A DNA stretch of 64,000 bases from an uncultured Gammaproteobacteria bacterium. Its GTDB lineage: Bacteria; Patescibacteriota; Microgenomatia; Levybacterales; UBA12049. The translations under genes and the position numbers were made by a program. The notes below the pieces were generated by a model. It searched no databases and was not told the origin of the DNA. It saw only the letters and a list, made by a program, of their open reading frames with translations. Of this stretch, positions 31,634-41,319 are shown piece after piece. The stretch covers positions 209,806 to 273,805 of the forward strand of contig CAZKJM010000001.1 of the NCBI GenBank assembly GCA_964553245.1, in the 5' to 3' direction. Position 1 is the first letter of the stretch. Each line of letters opens with the position of its first letter.

Positions 31634-32106
31634 AAAAAATAATAATTTCTTTTCTAATCCTTTTTATAGTTATACTTTTAATAACACTCAGCGGAAATAT
31701 TTTTGTAAAAAATCCATCATTTTTAAAACCTTCTGCGAGAATAACCATAAATAAACAAGTTTTTAATCTTTTACTTGCAAAAACCGCAAAAGAAAAACAA
31801 GTAGGTCTATCGCAAAAAAAATCCTTACCAAGCGATTACGGGATGGTTTTCGCTTTTGAAAAACAGGGTTATTATTCTTTTTGGATGAAAGATATGAAAT
31901 TTCCAATTGATATTATTTTTATTAAAAATAAAAAAATCGTAACTATTTACGATAGCGCTAAGCCCCCTTCTTCGAAAAACGAAAGCTTAATAATTTATCA
32001 ACCAACCGAAACAGCGGATACTGTCTTAGAAATAAACGCGGGACTTTCAAAAAAATATGGGTTTAAAAGAGGAATGGAAGTAAAATATGAAAATTTTGGG
32101 AGTTGA
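31630..32106 (+). CDS. DUF192 family protein
   Basis: GMVFAF, FWMKDMKFPIDIIF, VLEINAG. Confidence 0.88.
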   Translation: MKKIIISFLILFIVILLITLSGNIFVKNPSFLKPSARITINKQVFNLLLAKTAKEKQVGLSQKKSLPSDYGMVFAFEKQGYYSFWMKDMKFPIDIIFIKNKKIVTIYDSAKPPSSKNESLIIYQPTETADTVLEINAGLSKKYGFKRGMEVKYENFGS

Positions 32107-33112
32107 AACAAGCTGCGACGAAACCTCGGCATCTGTAATCTTTGCAAAAAAAAATGATAAAAACGTTAAAATTTTATCTAACGTAATATCGTCTTCTTTG
32201 TCTTTACATAGCAAAACAGGAGGAATAATCCCAGAAGTCGCCGCAAGAGAACAGTTAAAATACATCTTACCTGTTATTAAAGAATCATTAGATAAAGCAA
32301 AAACAAAAATTGAGGAAATTAATGCAATAGCTGTAACAATCGGACCAGGATTAGTCGGGTCGCTTTTAGTAGGAATCGAAACGGCAAAAACAATTTCTAT
32401 GCTTTATAAAAAACCGATAATACCCGTCAATCATTTACATGGGCATATGTATGCAAATTTTATTAATAACGATCAAAATACTAATGTTAAATTTCCTGCA
32501 ATTATACTCATTGTATCAGGAGGTCATACTGATTTACTTTTAATGAAAGGGCACGGAAATTTTAAATGGCTTGGCGGAACCAGAGATGACGCAGCAGGAG
32601 AAGCATTTGATAAAATCGGAAGACTATTAAACCTACCCTATCCCGGAGGACCGTCTATAGAAAAAGCCGCTGAAAACGGAAATCCCGAATCCTTTGATTT
32701 ACCCCGCCCGATGATTGGATCAAAAGATTTTGATTTTAGTTTTAGCGGATTAAAAACAGCAGTTTTAAAAGAAACTAAAACAATAAAACAATATAATAAT
32801 AAAATAATCAGTGACTTAGCTGCATCAACTCAAAAAGCAATTATTGAAGTCCTAATTAAAAAAACAATAAAGGCGGCAACAAAATACAATGCTAAATCCA
32901 TTCTTTTATCCGGCGGTGTTGCCGCAAACCAGAGATTGAGAGATGAACTTGAATTATTTGCTATTCGCCATATGCCAAAAGCCAAAATTTTTTTTCCACA
33001 AAAATTTTTGTGTACAGATAATGCTGCAATGATTGCTACAGCCGCTTTTTTTAACCAAAATAAAGTTGAATGGAAAAAAATTACTGTTAATCCCGAGCTA
33101 TATTTCTACTAA
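32087..33112 (+). CDS. tsaD: tRNA N6-adenosine threonylcarbamoyltransferase
   Basis: ETSCDET, GPGL, HLHGH, VSGGHT, DDAAGEAFDK, FSFSG, TDNAAMI. Confidence 0.97.
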   Translation: MKILGVETSCDETSASVIFAKKNDKNVKILSNVISSSLSLHSKTGGIIPEVAAREQLKYILPVIKESLDKAKTKIEEINAIAVTIGPGLVGSLLVGIETAKTISMLYKKPIIPVNHLHGHMYANFINNDQNTNVKFPAIILIVSGGHTDLLLMKGHGNFKWLGGTRDDAAGEAFDKIGRLLNLPYPGGPSIEKAAENGNPESFDLPRPMIGSKDFDFSFSGLKTAVLKETKTIKQYNNKIISDLAASTQKAIIEVLIKKTIKAATKYNAKSILLSGGVAANQRLRDELELFAIRHMPKAKIFFPQKFLCTDNAAMIATAAFFNQNKVEWKKITVNPELYFY

Positions 33113-33139
33113 GCTAATTACGTGTTAAAATAATACTGT

Positions 33140-34138
33140 ATGTTAGATATTTTAGTGCTTGGATCAATTATTATTTCGGGTTTTATTTTTATATTTATTT
33201 TTATAAATAAGAAGCTTAAAAATCTAAACGAGCCAAAAGAAAATCAAGCTCTTCTTGAATGGCTAAAAACAATGCAATCAACCCTGGATAGATCCTCTAT
33301 AAATATGGTTCAAACGCTTCAAGAAAATACAAAACAGTTAAATGAACGTTTAGACAAAGCAGCTGGAGTAATAAAAGATGTAGGAAAAGAAGTAGGACAG
33401 ATGAGCGAAATCGGAAGAAATATGCGCGAACTTCAAGAATTTTTAAAAAGCCCGAAGCTTAGAGGAAATATCGGCGAACAGGTCCTAAAAGACTTAATTT
33501 CCCAAATGTTTCCTAAAAATAATTTCTTTTTACAATACGAATTTAAATCAGGAGATAAAGTTGACGCAGCAATAAAAACAGATGCAGGAATTTTACCGAT
33601 AGATTCAAAATTTCCAATGGAAAATTTTCAAAAAATGGTAAAATCGGAAACAAAAACAGAAAAAGATGCTTATCTAAAAGAATTTTTACGTGATGTAAAA
33701 AAACACATTGATGCTATTTCTAAAAAATATATATTACCAAGTGAAGGAACAATGGATTTTGCCTTAATGTATGTTCCAAGCGAATCAGTTTATTATGAAT
33801 TAGCTAATCAAGCGGATGTATTAGACTATGCAAGAAAAGGAAGAGTCTACATTGTTTCCCCATCCACTCTTTACGCGCATCTTCAAACAATACTCTTGGC
33901 TTTTGAAGGCAAAAAATTAGAAATAAAATCAAAAGAAGTTTTTGCACTATTAAGAAGCATGCAAATAGATTACGAAAAGGTTAACGATAATATAGGAATT
34001 TTGGGAAAACACATTAACAATGCTTCTTCTCAATTTAACAATGTTACTACTGGATTTATTAACTTGGGACAAAAATTAAGCTCTATGAGAAATATCGAAA
34101 TCGAAGAAACAAGTAAAATTGAACAGAAAAATAATTAA
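33140..34138 (+). CDS. rmuC: DNA recombination protein RmuC
   Basis: RGNIGE, PIDSKFP, ISKKYI, DFALMYVPSE. Confidence 0.92.
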   Translation: MLDILVLGSIIISGFIFIFIFINKKLKNLNEPKENQALLEWLKTMQSTLDRSSINMVQTLQENTKQLNERLDKAAGVIKDVGKEVGQMSEIGRNMRELQEFLKSPKLRGNIGEQVLKDLISQMFPKNNFFLQYEFKSGDKVDAAIKTDAGILPIDSKFPMENFQKMVKSETKTEKDAYLKEFLRDVKKHIDAISKKYILPSEGTMDFALMYVPSESVYYELANQADVLDYARKGRVYIVSPSTLYAHLQTILLAFEGKKLEIKSKEVFALLRSMQIDYEKVNDNIGILGKHINNASSQFNNVTTGFINLGQKLSSMRNIEIEETSKIEQKNN

Positions 34139-34161
34139 CTCCCCTATGATACAATACCCTC

Positions 34162-37053
34162 ATGAAAGCTGATTTTAAACTTGACAAAAATCAATTAGCT
34201 GCAGTAAATCATGAAAAAGGACCACTTCTAATTATTGCAGGGGCAGGAACAGGAAAAACAACTGTTATAACAGAAAGAATAAAACATTTAATTTTAGAAA
34301 AAAATATACATCCATCGGAAATACTAGCATTAACATTTACAGAAAAGGCTGCGGCAGAAATGGAAGAAAGAATAGATCTGGCAATGCCATATGGATATAG
34401 TCAAATGTGGATTTCCACTTTTCACGCATTTTGCGACAGAATTTTAAAACAGGAAGCAATCCACATAGGACTTAACTCTTCATACAAGCTACTTACCGAA
34501 GCAGAGGAATTAATGCTTTTAAAGCAAAATATTTTTAAATTTAATTTAAATTATTTTAGACCGCATGGAAATCCGAATAAATTCCTAAGCGGGCTATTAA
34601 GCCATTTTAGTAGACTTAAAGACGAAGATGTATCGCCAAAAGAATACCTTAATTGGGTAAAAAAACAAAAGAATGAAGATGAAAAAGAAACTGAAAAAAA
34701 CCTGGAATTGGCAAATGCTTTTAAAACTTATGAGGAAATAAAAATAAAAGAAAATGTAATGAATTTTTCCGATCTAATTAGTAACACTTTACTTCTTTTT
34801 AGAACAAGAAAAAATATCTTAAAACAATATCAAAACCAATTTAAGTTTATTCTTGTAGATGAATTTCAGGACACTAATTTTGCGCAAAATGAACTAGCAA
34901 TACTTCTTTCCGGGGATACAAAAAATATAACCGTTGTAGGAGACGACGATCAATCAATCTATAGATTTAGAGGTAGCTCTGTTTCAAATATTATTCAATT
35001 TAGAAAACAATTTAGGAATGCAAAAATTATTACCCTAATAAATAACTACCGATCGACAGAAGAAATACTTAACAAGTCTTATCAGTTAATACAATTTAAC
35101 AACCCTGATCGTCTGGAAATAAAAGAAAAAGTAAATAAAAAATTATTTTCCGTAAGAAAAATAAAGGGAGAAAAAGTTCAGTTTATTTTTGAATCAAGAT
35201 CAGAAGACGAAGCAGATTCTGTTGCAAGAAAAATAAAACAATTATGTGAAGACGAAAAAAAATATGAATATAAAGACGTTGCTATTCTTGTAAGGGCAAA
35301 TGACCATTCGCAAGTCTTTGTAAGGGCACTTGAGCGGAAAAAAATTCCCTATCAGTTCTTAGGACCCGGAAGACTTTTCCATCAAGAAGAAATAAAAGAT
35401 TTAATTTCTTACCTTAAGGTTTTATATAATTTTGAAGATTCTGTTTCTCTCTACAGAATTTTAAATATGTCTCAATTTAAAATGGAAAGCATAGAAATTG
35501 CGTCACTTTTAAATTATTCAAAACGAAAAAATTATTCACTTTTTGAAACTCTTGAAAAAGTTGAAGAAACTTTTTTAAAGCCCGAAACCAAAGATAAAAT
35601 AAGAAATTTTACCAGAATGGTAAAAAAACATTTATCTCTTATCCCTAAAAATACCGCCGGAGAAATTTTGTATTTTTTCCTGAATGACTCTGGATTGTTA
35701 AAAAAAATTATTGAATATAAAACTGAAAAAGAAGAAAAAAAGGCAAAAAATATTGCCAAATTTTTTGATAAATTAAAAACTTACGAAACAGAACATAGTA
35801 GTGCAACAGTATTTGACGTTGTTGATTGGATTGATTTATCAATGCAAATGGGAGAAAGTCCGCTTGTTGCAGATATTGATTGGTCTCAGAATAATGCTGT
35901 AAATATCTTATCTGTTCACTCAAGTAAAGGACTAGAATTTCCTGTAGTTTTTTTGGTCAATTTAGTTTCTGATAGATTTCCAACAAGAAATAGAAGCGAA
36001 GCCATTCCGATTCCACAAGATTTAATAAAAGAAATTCTTCCATTAGGCGATTATCATACAGAGGAAGAAAGACGACTATTTTATGTTGGGGCAACCAGAG
36101 CAAGGGATGAATTGTTTTTATCGGCTGCTTTATTTTATGGTGAGGGGAAAAGGAAGAAAAAAATATCTCCTTTTGTTTATGAAATGTTGGGACAAGAAAA
36201 TGTTGAAAAAATAATTACAAAAAAATCTGAACCAGCAGGACAACTAACATTACTTGAATGGATCGAGCCGAAAGAAGAATTATTTACCAATAAAACCTCG
36301 TTAAAAACTCCTGTAAAATATTTATCTTATTCTCAAATACAAACATTCGAAATTTGTCCCCTTCATTACAAATTAAGGTACATCCTTAAAATTCCAACTC
36401 CTCCAACATCTGCTCAAAGTTTTGGAACAAGTGTACACGCAGTACTCAGGGATTTTTATCAAAATTGGATAAGAGGCGAAAAAACAAAAATATCGGAAAT
36501 AAAAAAACTTCTGGACAAAAACTGGATTAACGAAGGATATTCAAATAAAACCCATGAAAAAGAAGCTTGGGAAAAAGCAAAAAAAATTATTACTAATTAT
36601 CTGGAAAAAGATTTTGATGCTAAGAATATTCCTTTAGCAACCGAGTATGGATTTAATTTTTTCATAAACGATTTAAAAATTGGTGGAGTAATAGACAGAG
36701 TAAATAATTTAGGAAATGGAAAAATAGAAATACTGGATTACAAAACGGGAAATAACGTTTTAGAAGAAAAAGAATTGATTAATAATTTACAACTTACTAT
36801 TTATGCATTGGCTGCGAGTTTAGTACAGGAAAAGTTTTTAAATAAACCGCCCGACCAAGTTGATTTAAGTTTATGCTTTTTAGAAAAGGGTGAAAAAATA
36901 ACGACAACAAGAACCAAAGAACAGCTTGAGGAAGCTAAAAAACAAATTTTGGAAATTGCCGATAGGATATCAAAAAGCGACTTCTCCTGCAGTAAGTCTA
37001 GTTTATGCTTAAATTGCGAGTATAAAATGCTTTGCAATACATCTAATGGTTAA
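34162..37053 (+). CDS. UvrD/PcrA-type SF1A helicase fused to a C-terminal PD-(D/E)XK nuclease
   Basis: AGAGTGKT, LTFT, DEFQD, GDDDQSIYRFRG, HSSKGLEF, EERRLFYV; nuclease GVIDR..DYKT..QL.IY. Confidence 0.92.
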   Translation: MKADFKLDKNQLAAVNHEKGPLLIIAGAGTGKTTVITERIKHLILEKNIHPSEILALTFTEKAAAEMEERIDLAMPYGYSQMWISTFHAFCDRILKQEAIHIGLNSSYKLLTEAEELMLLKQNIFKFNLNYFRPHGNPNKFLSGLLSHFSRLKDEDVSPKEYLNWVKKQKNEDEKETEKNLELANAFKTYEEIKIKENVMNFSDLISNTLLLFRTRKNILKQYQNQFKFILVDEFQDTNFAQNELAILLSGDTKNITVVGDDDQSIYRFRGSSVSNIIQFRKQFRNAKIITLINNYRSTEEILNKSYQLIQFNNPDRLEIKEKVNKKLFSVRKIKGEKVQFIFESRSEDEADSVARKIKQLCEDEKKYEYKDVAILVRANDHSQVFVRALERKKIPYQFLGPGRLFHQEEIKDLISYLKVLYNFEDSVSLYRILNMSQFKMESIEIASLLNYSKRKNYSLFETLEKVEETFLKPETKDKIRNFTRMVKKHLSLIPKNTAGEILYFFLNDSGLLKKIIEYKTEKEEKKAKNIAKFFDKLKTYETEHSSATVFDVVDWIDLSMQMGESPLVADIDWSQNNAVNILSVHSSKGLEFPVVFLVNLVSDRFPTRNRSEAIPIPQDLIKEILPLGDYHTEEERRLFYVGATRARDELFLSAALFYGEGKRKKKISPFVYEMLGQENVEKIITKKSEPAGQLTLLEWIEPKEELFTNKTSLKTPVKYLSYSQIQTFEICPLHYKLRYILKIPTPPTSAQSFGTSVHAVLRDFYQNWIRGEKTKISEIKKLLDKNWINEGYSNKTHEKEAWEKAKKIITNYLEKDFDAKNIPLATEYGFNFFINDLKIGGVIDRVNNLGNGKIEILDYKTGNNVLEEKELINNLQLTIYALAASLVQEKFLNKPPDQVDLSLCFLEKGEKITTTRTKEQLEEAKKQILEIADRISKSDFSCSKSSLCLNCEYKMLCNTSNG

Positions 37054-37092
37054 TATTAGAAAAAATGCCTCTTTTTTGCTATAATACGGTCG

Positions 37093-37511
37093 TTCTGGGA
37101 AGACAAGTTGCTACTCCGGTGTTACATCGGAGAGGAAAGTCCAGACAGGTGTAAAATCAGGGACGGAGCATAAGCTCTGACTAGTAATAGCTGGTGGCTA
37201 AATTTTTTACCTACATATAAGATTTAGCACAAATCTTGAATAGACAAGATTTGAGAGCAACAGAGACGAGTAGGAGTGAAACGGGCAATCCCACCTGCTG
37301 CAACCTTAGAAATGAAGCGTTATCCCGATTAAATCGGGATTGTTACATATTTTACGGAAGCTTCTAAGTTAAGGGCATCCCGATTATATCGGGACTATGT
37401 GACCAATCATCACAATTGAGATAGATTGCAACTAATCCGCAGACAATGTCCAGGATTATCCTGAGCGGAGTCGAAGGATAATACAGAATCTGGCTTATTA
37501 TCTTCCCAGAA
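37093..37511 (+). ncRNA. rnpB: RNase P RNA
   Basis: P1 TTCTGGGAAGA/TCTTCCCAGAA; P4 halves GAGGAAAGTCCAGA (37132) and ACAGAATCTGGCTTA (37483); extended -10 TGCTATAAT at 37077-37085. Confidence 0.95.
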
Positions 37512-37521
37512 TTTTTAAATT

Positions 37522-37575
37522 TAAAAAAAGACCTATTACTGTGTCCAAATACCACAATAATAGGTCTTTATTCTT
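37522..37575. terminator. Probable bidirectional terminator between rnpB and hup
   Basis: AAAGACCTATTA...TAATAGGTCTTT inverted repeat with A and T flanks. Confidence 0.75.
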
Positions 37576-37586
37576 TGATGTTGTTT

Positions 37587-37859
37587 TTATCTTACTGCTT
37601 TTTTCAAGGTTTTTCCCGGCGTAAACCCAGGAGCCTTTCTTGCAGCAATTGTAATTTTTTCTCCAGTTTTTGGATTTCTTCCCGGTCTTTGGGATCTTTT
37701 TCTGATACTAAATGTTCCGAATCCTGTTATTACAACTTTCTCTCCTCTCTTTAATGAATCTTTAATCCCTGCTATAAATGAACCAACTGCTTCTCTTGCT
37801 GCTTTATTTGTAAGATTTGCTTTTTTTGCGACTAATTCTATAAGGTCTTTTTTTGTCAT
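37587..37859 (-). CDS. hup: DNA-binding protein HU
   Basis: MTKKDLI, GFGTF, GRNPKTGE; strong SD; TTGACA-17-TATTGT promoter. Confidence 0.96.
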   Translation of the reverse strand: MTKKDLIELVAKKANLTNKAAREAVGSFIAGIKDSLKRGEKVVITGFGTFSIRKRSQRPGRNPKTGEKITIAARKAPGFTPGKTLKKAVR

Positions 37860-37958
37860 TTAAATCACCTCCTCTCCTAATTCTAATTGAACAACTTCAA
37901 TTAGATTAACAATACAATTAAAACAATGTTATGTCAATAGTTTATGCCGATTTAATAA

Positions 37959-39230
37959 CTAAAACGAAGATGCTGCCGAAGAAACAAACCTAAACTCTCT
38001 GATGGCTGTTACTTTTACTTCTCCCGGAACCGCTAAGGCTCTTGATATCTCATCTCTTATTTTGTCCGCAGCAATAACTGTTTGATTATCATCTAAGACT
38101 CCGGGGTTTATTATTACTCTTATTTCTCTCCCTGCTTCAAATGCATAAGCATCTTCAACGCCTTCATTCCTTTTGGCAATTTCTTCCATTTCCCTTAATC
38201 TCTTTGCATATTCTTCAAAATCTTCGTATCTTGCACCTGGTCTTGCTCCAGAAATTGAATCTGCAGTGTAAACCAAAACCGATTCAACAGAAGAAAACGG
38301 TTTATCTTCATGATGTTCAGCAACGCAATTTATGATTTTTTCCGGTAAGCTATGTTTCTTTAAAAATTCTACTCCAAGCTTTACATGACTTCCGTCTCCC
38401 TCTAATACTTTTCCAATATCATGGAGAAGACAGGCAAGTCTTACTGTGTTTGCATCTGCGCCAATCTCATTTGCTAGATGAATTCCGATTTTTGTTTCCT
38501 CCAAAGTATGTACTGCCAAATTTTGCCCGTAAGAAGTTCTAAACTTAAATCTTCCGATTACCGACAATATTGCGGTTGGCAAATTAAAAACCCCTGCTTC
38601 GTGAGAAATTTTTTCTCCCTCTTCCAAAAGGACTTTTTCCAATTCTTTTTTTGTTTGTTCTACAATTTCTTCTATTCTAAAAGGTTGAACTCTCGTATCT
38701 TTTATCAATTTTTCCAAGGACCTTTTAGCAATCTCTCTTCTTATTGGATCAAATGATGATAGTCTTATTATTCCTTCTTCGTCTAAATCGACGTCTACTC
38801 CTGTTGCCTGTTCAAAAGCTCTTATATTTCTTCCTTCTTTTCCAATAATCCTTCCTTTTAGTTCTTCATCCGGGATTTTTACAGTAGAAAGAGTAAATTC
38901 TGCAACGTAATTTAACGCTCCATGACGCATTCCTTCTGCTAAAATCTCTTGCGCCTTTTTATCCGCTGTTTTTTTTGCAGAATCCTCTCTTTCCCTAATT
39001 AACTTAGCAACTGTTTCTGCATTTTTTTCTTCTATTCTTTTTAAGAGCTCTTTTTTTGCTTCCTCCTCGGAAAGTCCGGTTGTTTTTTGAAGTTTTTCCC
39101 TATATTCGTCTTTTAATTTAAATAACTCTTGCCTTTCTTTTTCGAGTTTTTCTTTTTCGCGATCTAATTTCTCTTCTTTTTCAAAAAGTTTTTTTTCTAA
39201 GATTACTAAATCTTGATTATTTTGTGTCAT
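37959..39230 (-). CDS. rny: Ribonuclease Y
   Basis: KGRIIGKEGRNIR (KH), RTSYGQN, LLHDIGK (HD), SGARPGAR. Confidence 0.95.
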   Translation of the reverse strand: MTQNNQDLVILEKKLFEKEEKLDREKEKLEKERQELFKLKDEYREKLQKTTGLSEEEAKKELLKRIEEKNAETVAKLIREREDSAKKTADKKAQEILAEGMRHGALNYVAEFTLSTVKIPDEELKGRIIGKEGRNIRAFEQATGVDVDLDEEGIIRLSSFDPIRREIAKRSLEKLIKDTRVQPFRIEEIVEQTKKELEKVLLEEGEKISHEAGVFNLPTAILSVIGRFKFRTSYGQNLAVHTLEETKIGIHLANEIGADANTVRLACLLHDIGKVLEGDGSHVKLGVEFLKKHSLPEKIINCVAEHHEDKPFSSVESVLVYTADSISGARPGARYEDFEEYAKRLREMEEIAKRNEGVEDAYAFEAGREIRVIINPGVLDDNQTVIAADKIRDEISRALAVPGEVKVTAIREFRFVSSAASSF

Positions 39231-39269
39231 ATTAAAATATTTTTGAAGACAAAAAAATCACTTGGCTTT

Positions 39270-39320
39270 TTAAGCCTTGAGGGAAAGTTTGATCGAAAAG
39301 TTAAAATCTATTCTTTTCAT
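39270..39320 (-). CDS. Putative 16-aa leader peptide MKRIDFNFSIKLSLKA upstream of rny
   Basis: GGAGA SD, ATG at 39320, TAA falls in the loop of a GGCTT/AAGCC hairpin followed by T7. Confidence 0.45.
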   Translation of the reverse strand: MKRIDFNFSIKLSLKA

Positions 39321-39358
39321 ATATACTTTCTCCAACAATTTCTGTTGTCTTTTGCTAA

Positions 39359-39835
39359 TTATACCTTTTTGCTTAACATCTCGTCAATGCTCTTCTTAAT
39401 CGTATTCCAATCAAAACCCTTAGAAGCAAGAAACATGCCCAATTTTTGATAAATTTTTTCTTTTGATAAGTTCTTATTTTCCAATCTATGTATTCTTTTT
39501 TTTAACAATATTTTCGCCATTTTCTCGTCAGGTGTTTGATTTTTAAAATTTGCTATTTGCTTTTGAGCGATCTCATCATTAATTCCCTTTTTCTTTAACT
39601 CAAACAATATAGTTTTCCAAGACCTAGGTCCTGATCTAACCCGCGACTGAATCCAAGCTCTTGCAAACTCACTGTCATCCAAAAACTTATACTCCTTAAG
39701 TTTTTTAATTATTTTATCTACGATTTCCTCTGGTGCTTTTTTAGTTTTTAATTTATCTACAATTTCTTTTTCGGAGCGCGGACGATATGACAGAAATTTT
39801 AAAGCTTTATTGTAAAATTTATCAAAATCTTCCAT
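39359..39835 (-). CDS. recX: Regulatory protein RecX
   Basis: LSYRPRSEKE, LDDSEFA, ELKKKGI, LASKGF; downstream of recA. Confidence 0.92.
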   Translation of the reverse strand: MEDFDKFYNKALKFLSYRPRSEKEIVDKLKTKKAPEEIVDKIIKKLKEYKFLDDSEFARAWIQSRVRSGPRSWKTILFELKKKGINDEIAQKQIANFKNQTPDEKMAKILLKKRIHRLENKNLSKEKIYQKLGMFLASKGFDWNTIKKSIDEMLSKKV

Positions 39836-39864
39836 CTGGGGAAATTATACACTAATTATTTTTA

Positions 39865-40239
39865 TTATCGAAAGTTTCCATCAGGCCCAAAAGCAGCCAT
39901 AAGGTCTTCGCTAATTTCTTTAGCGATACGTTCTTCTCTTTTAACTTCTTCTTCTAAAACCCTACCAACAATCTTTGGACCAAAATAATCCCACAATCCT
40001 TCTCCTAAAGAAATTTCTTTATCAAAAGAGTCTAACTCTGCAAAAAGTGCATGCCTGCCATGATCATAAAAAACTGATCCATCCGGCGTATCCCATATTA
40101 TTATTTTCCCGAGTGGTCTTATTCCCATTGTCATTGTTGAAATTGTTTGTTTTGCCAAATTTGCCCTTTCTCGTCTTTCTGAAGTATCTTTCAGATTTAG
40201 AAACTCTAGCATTGTGGAATATGGTTGTTTTTCTTTCAC
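39865..40239 (-). CDS. Hypothetical protein between recA and recX
   Basis: 124-aa ORF starting 3 nt after the recA stop. Confidence 0.65.
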   Translation of the reverse strand: MKEKQPYSTMLEFLNLKDTSERRERANLAKQTISTMTMGIRPLGKIIIWDTPDGSVFYDHGRHALFAELDSFDKEISLGEGLWDYFGPKIVGRVLEEEVKREERIAKEISEDLMAAFGPDGNFR

Positions 40240-40242
40240 AAT

Positions 40243-41319
40243 TTATTTTTCTGCTTCTGTTCCTAACTCAACTGGGGCAGGAGTAATTTTACTTTTTTGA
40301 GTTATTTCATCAATTATCTTTTTTGCCACCTCAGGTTTTTCTCTTAAAAACATAATCGCTGCCTGCTTTCCCTGTCCAAGCATTAATTCTCCATATCTAA
40401 AAAATGCACCTGATTTTTGAATAATATTCATTTCTACTCCGACATCCATAATTCCACCTTCCCTTGATATTCCTACGTCTTCCATAACATCAAACTCTGC
40501 AATCCTAAAAGGAGCCGAAACTTTATTTTTTACTATTTTCACTCTATGCCTTGAACCGATTACCTTATCTCCCTGTTTTAATGTTTCGATTTTTCTAATA
40601 TCCATTCTTACCGATGAGTAAAACTTAAGAGCTAATCCTCCTGTTGTGGTTTCTGGATTTCCAAACATTACGCCAATTTTTTGCCTTAGTTGATTAGTAA
40701 AAATTACTACTGTTTTGGATTTGGAAATAACTGCTGTTAATTTTCTTAAAGCCTGCGACATTAATCTTGCCTGAAGCCCAATCATTGCGTCTCCCATTTC
40801 TCCCTCTATTTCTGCTCTTGGCACTAGCGCCGCAACAGAATCAATAACTAAAACGTCAATTCCACCTGATCTTATTAAGCTTTCTGCAATCTCCAAAGCC
40901 TGTTCACCGGTATCCGGCTGGGATATTAAAAGCTCATCGAGTTTTACACCGATTCTTTCTGCCCAAATTGGATCAAGTGCATGCTCTGCATCTATAAATG
41001 CTGCAACTCCTCCGTGTTTTTGTGCTTGAGCAATAACAGAAAGACAAACTGTTGTTTTTCCAGAAGCTTCCGGACCATAAATTTCAATAATTCTTCCCCT
41101 TGGCAATCCACCTACTCCGAGTGCTAAATCAACGGGTAAACACCCTGTGGAAATAACGGAAATATCTAATTTTTGACCTATTTCCCCAAAGCGCATAATA
41201 GAACCTCTGCCGTATTGCTTTTCTATTTGTTCCATCGCTAACTTTACTGCTTCAAGTTTTTGAGATGATGTGTTATCGCTATTTGGTACTGTTTTTTGAG
41301 AATTAGAAGTCCTGCCCAT
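40243..41319 (-). CDS. recA: Recombinase RecA
   Basis: [38 protein letters not shown]. Confidence 0.99.
   Translation of the reverse strand: MGRTSNSQKTVPNSDNTSSQKLEAVKLAMEQIEKQYGRGSIMRFGEIGQKLDISVISTGCLPVDLALGVGGLPRGRIIEIYGPEASGKTTVCLSVIAQAQKHGGVAAFIDAEHALDPIWAERIGVKLDELLISQPDTGEQALEIAESLIRSGGIDVLVIDSVAALVPRAEIEGEMGDAMIGLQARLMSQALRKLTAVISKSKTVVIFTNQLRQKIGVMFGNPETTTGGLALKFYSSVRMDIRKIETLKQGDKVIGSRHRVKIVKNKVSAPFRIAEFDVMEDVGISREGGIMDVGVEMNIIQKSGAFFRYGELMLGQGKQAAIMFLREKPEVAKKIIDEITQKSKITPAPVELGTEAEK

Noticed and set aside
36310-37053. Cas4 or a defence nuclease
   Set aside because: The domain is fused to a housekeeping-type UvrD helicase with no CRISPR or defence context
37364-37555. 63-aa minus-strand ORF
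   Set aside because: Antisense to the RNase P RNA; no coding signal
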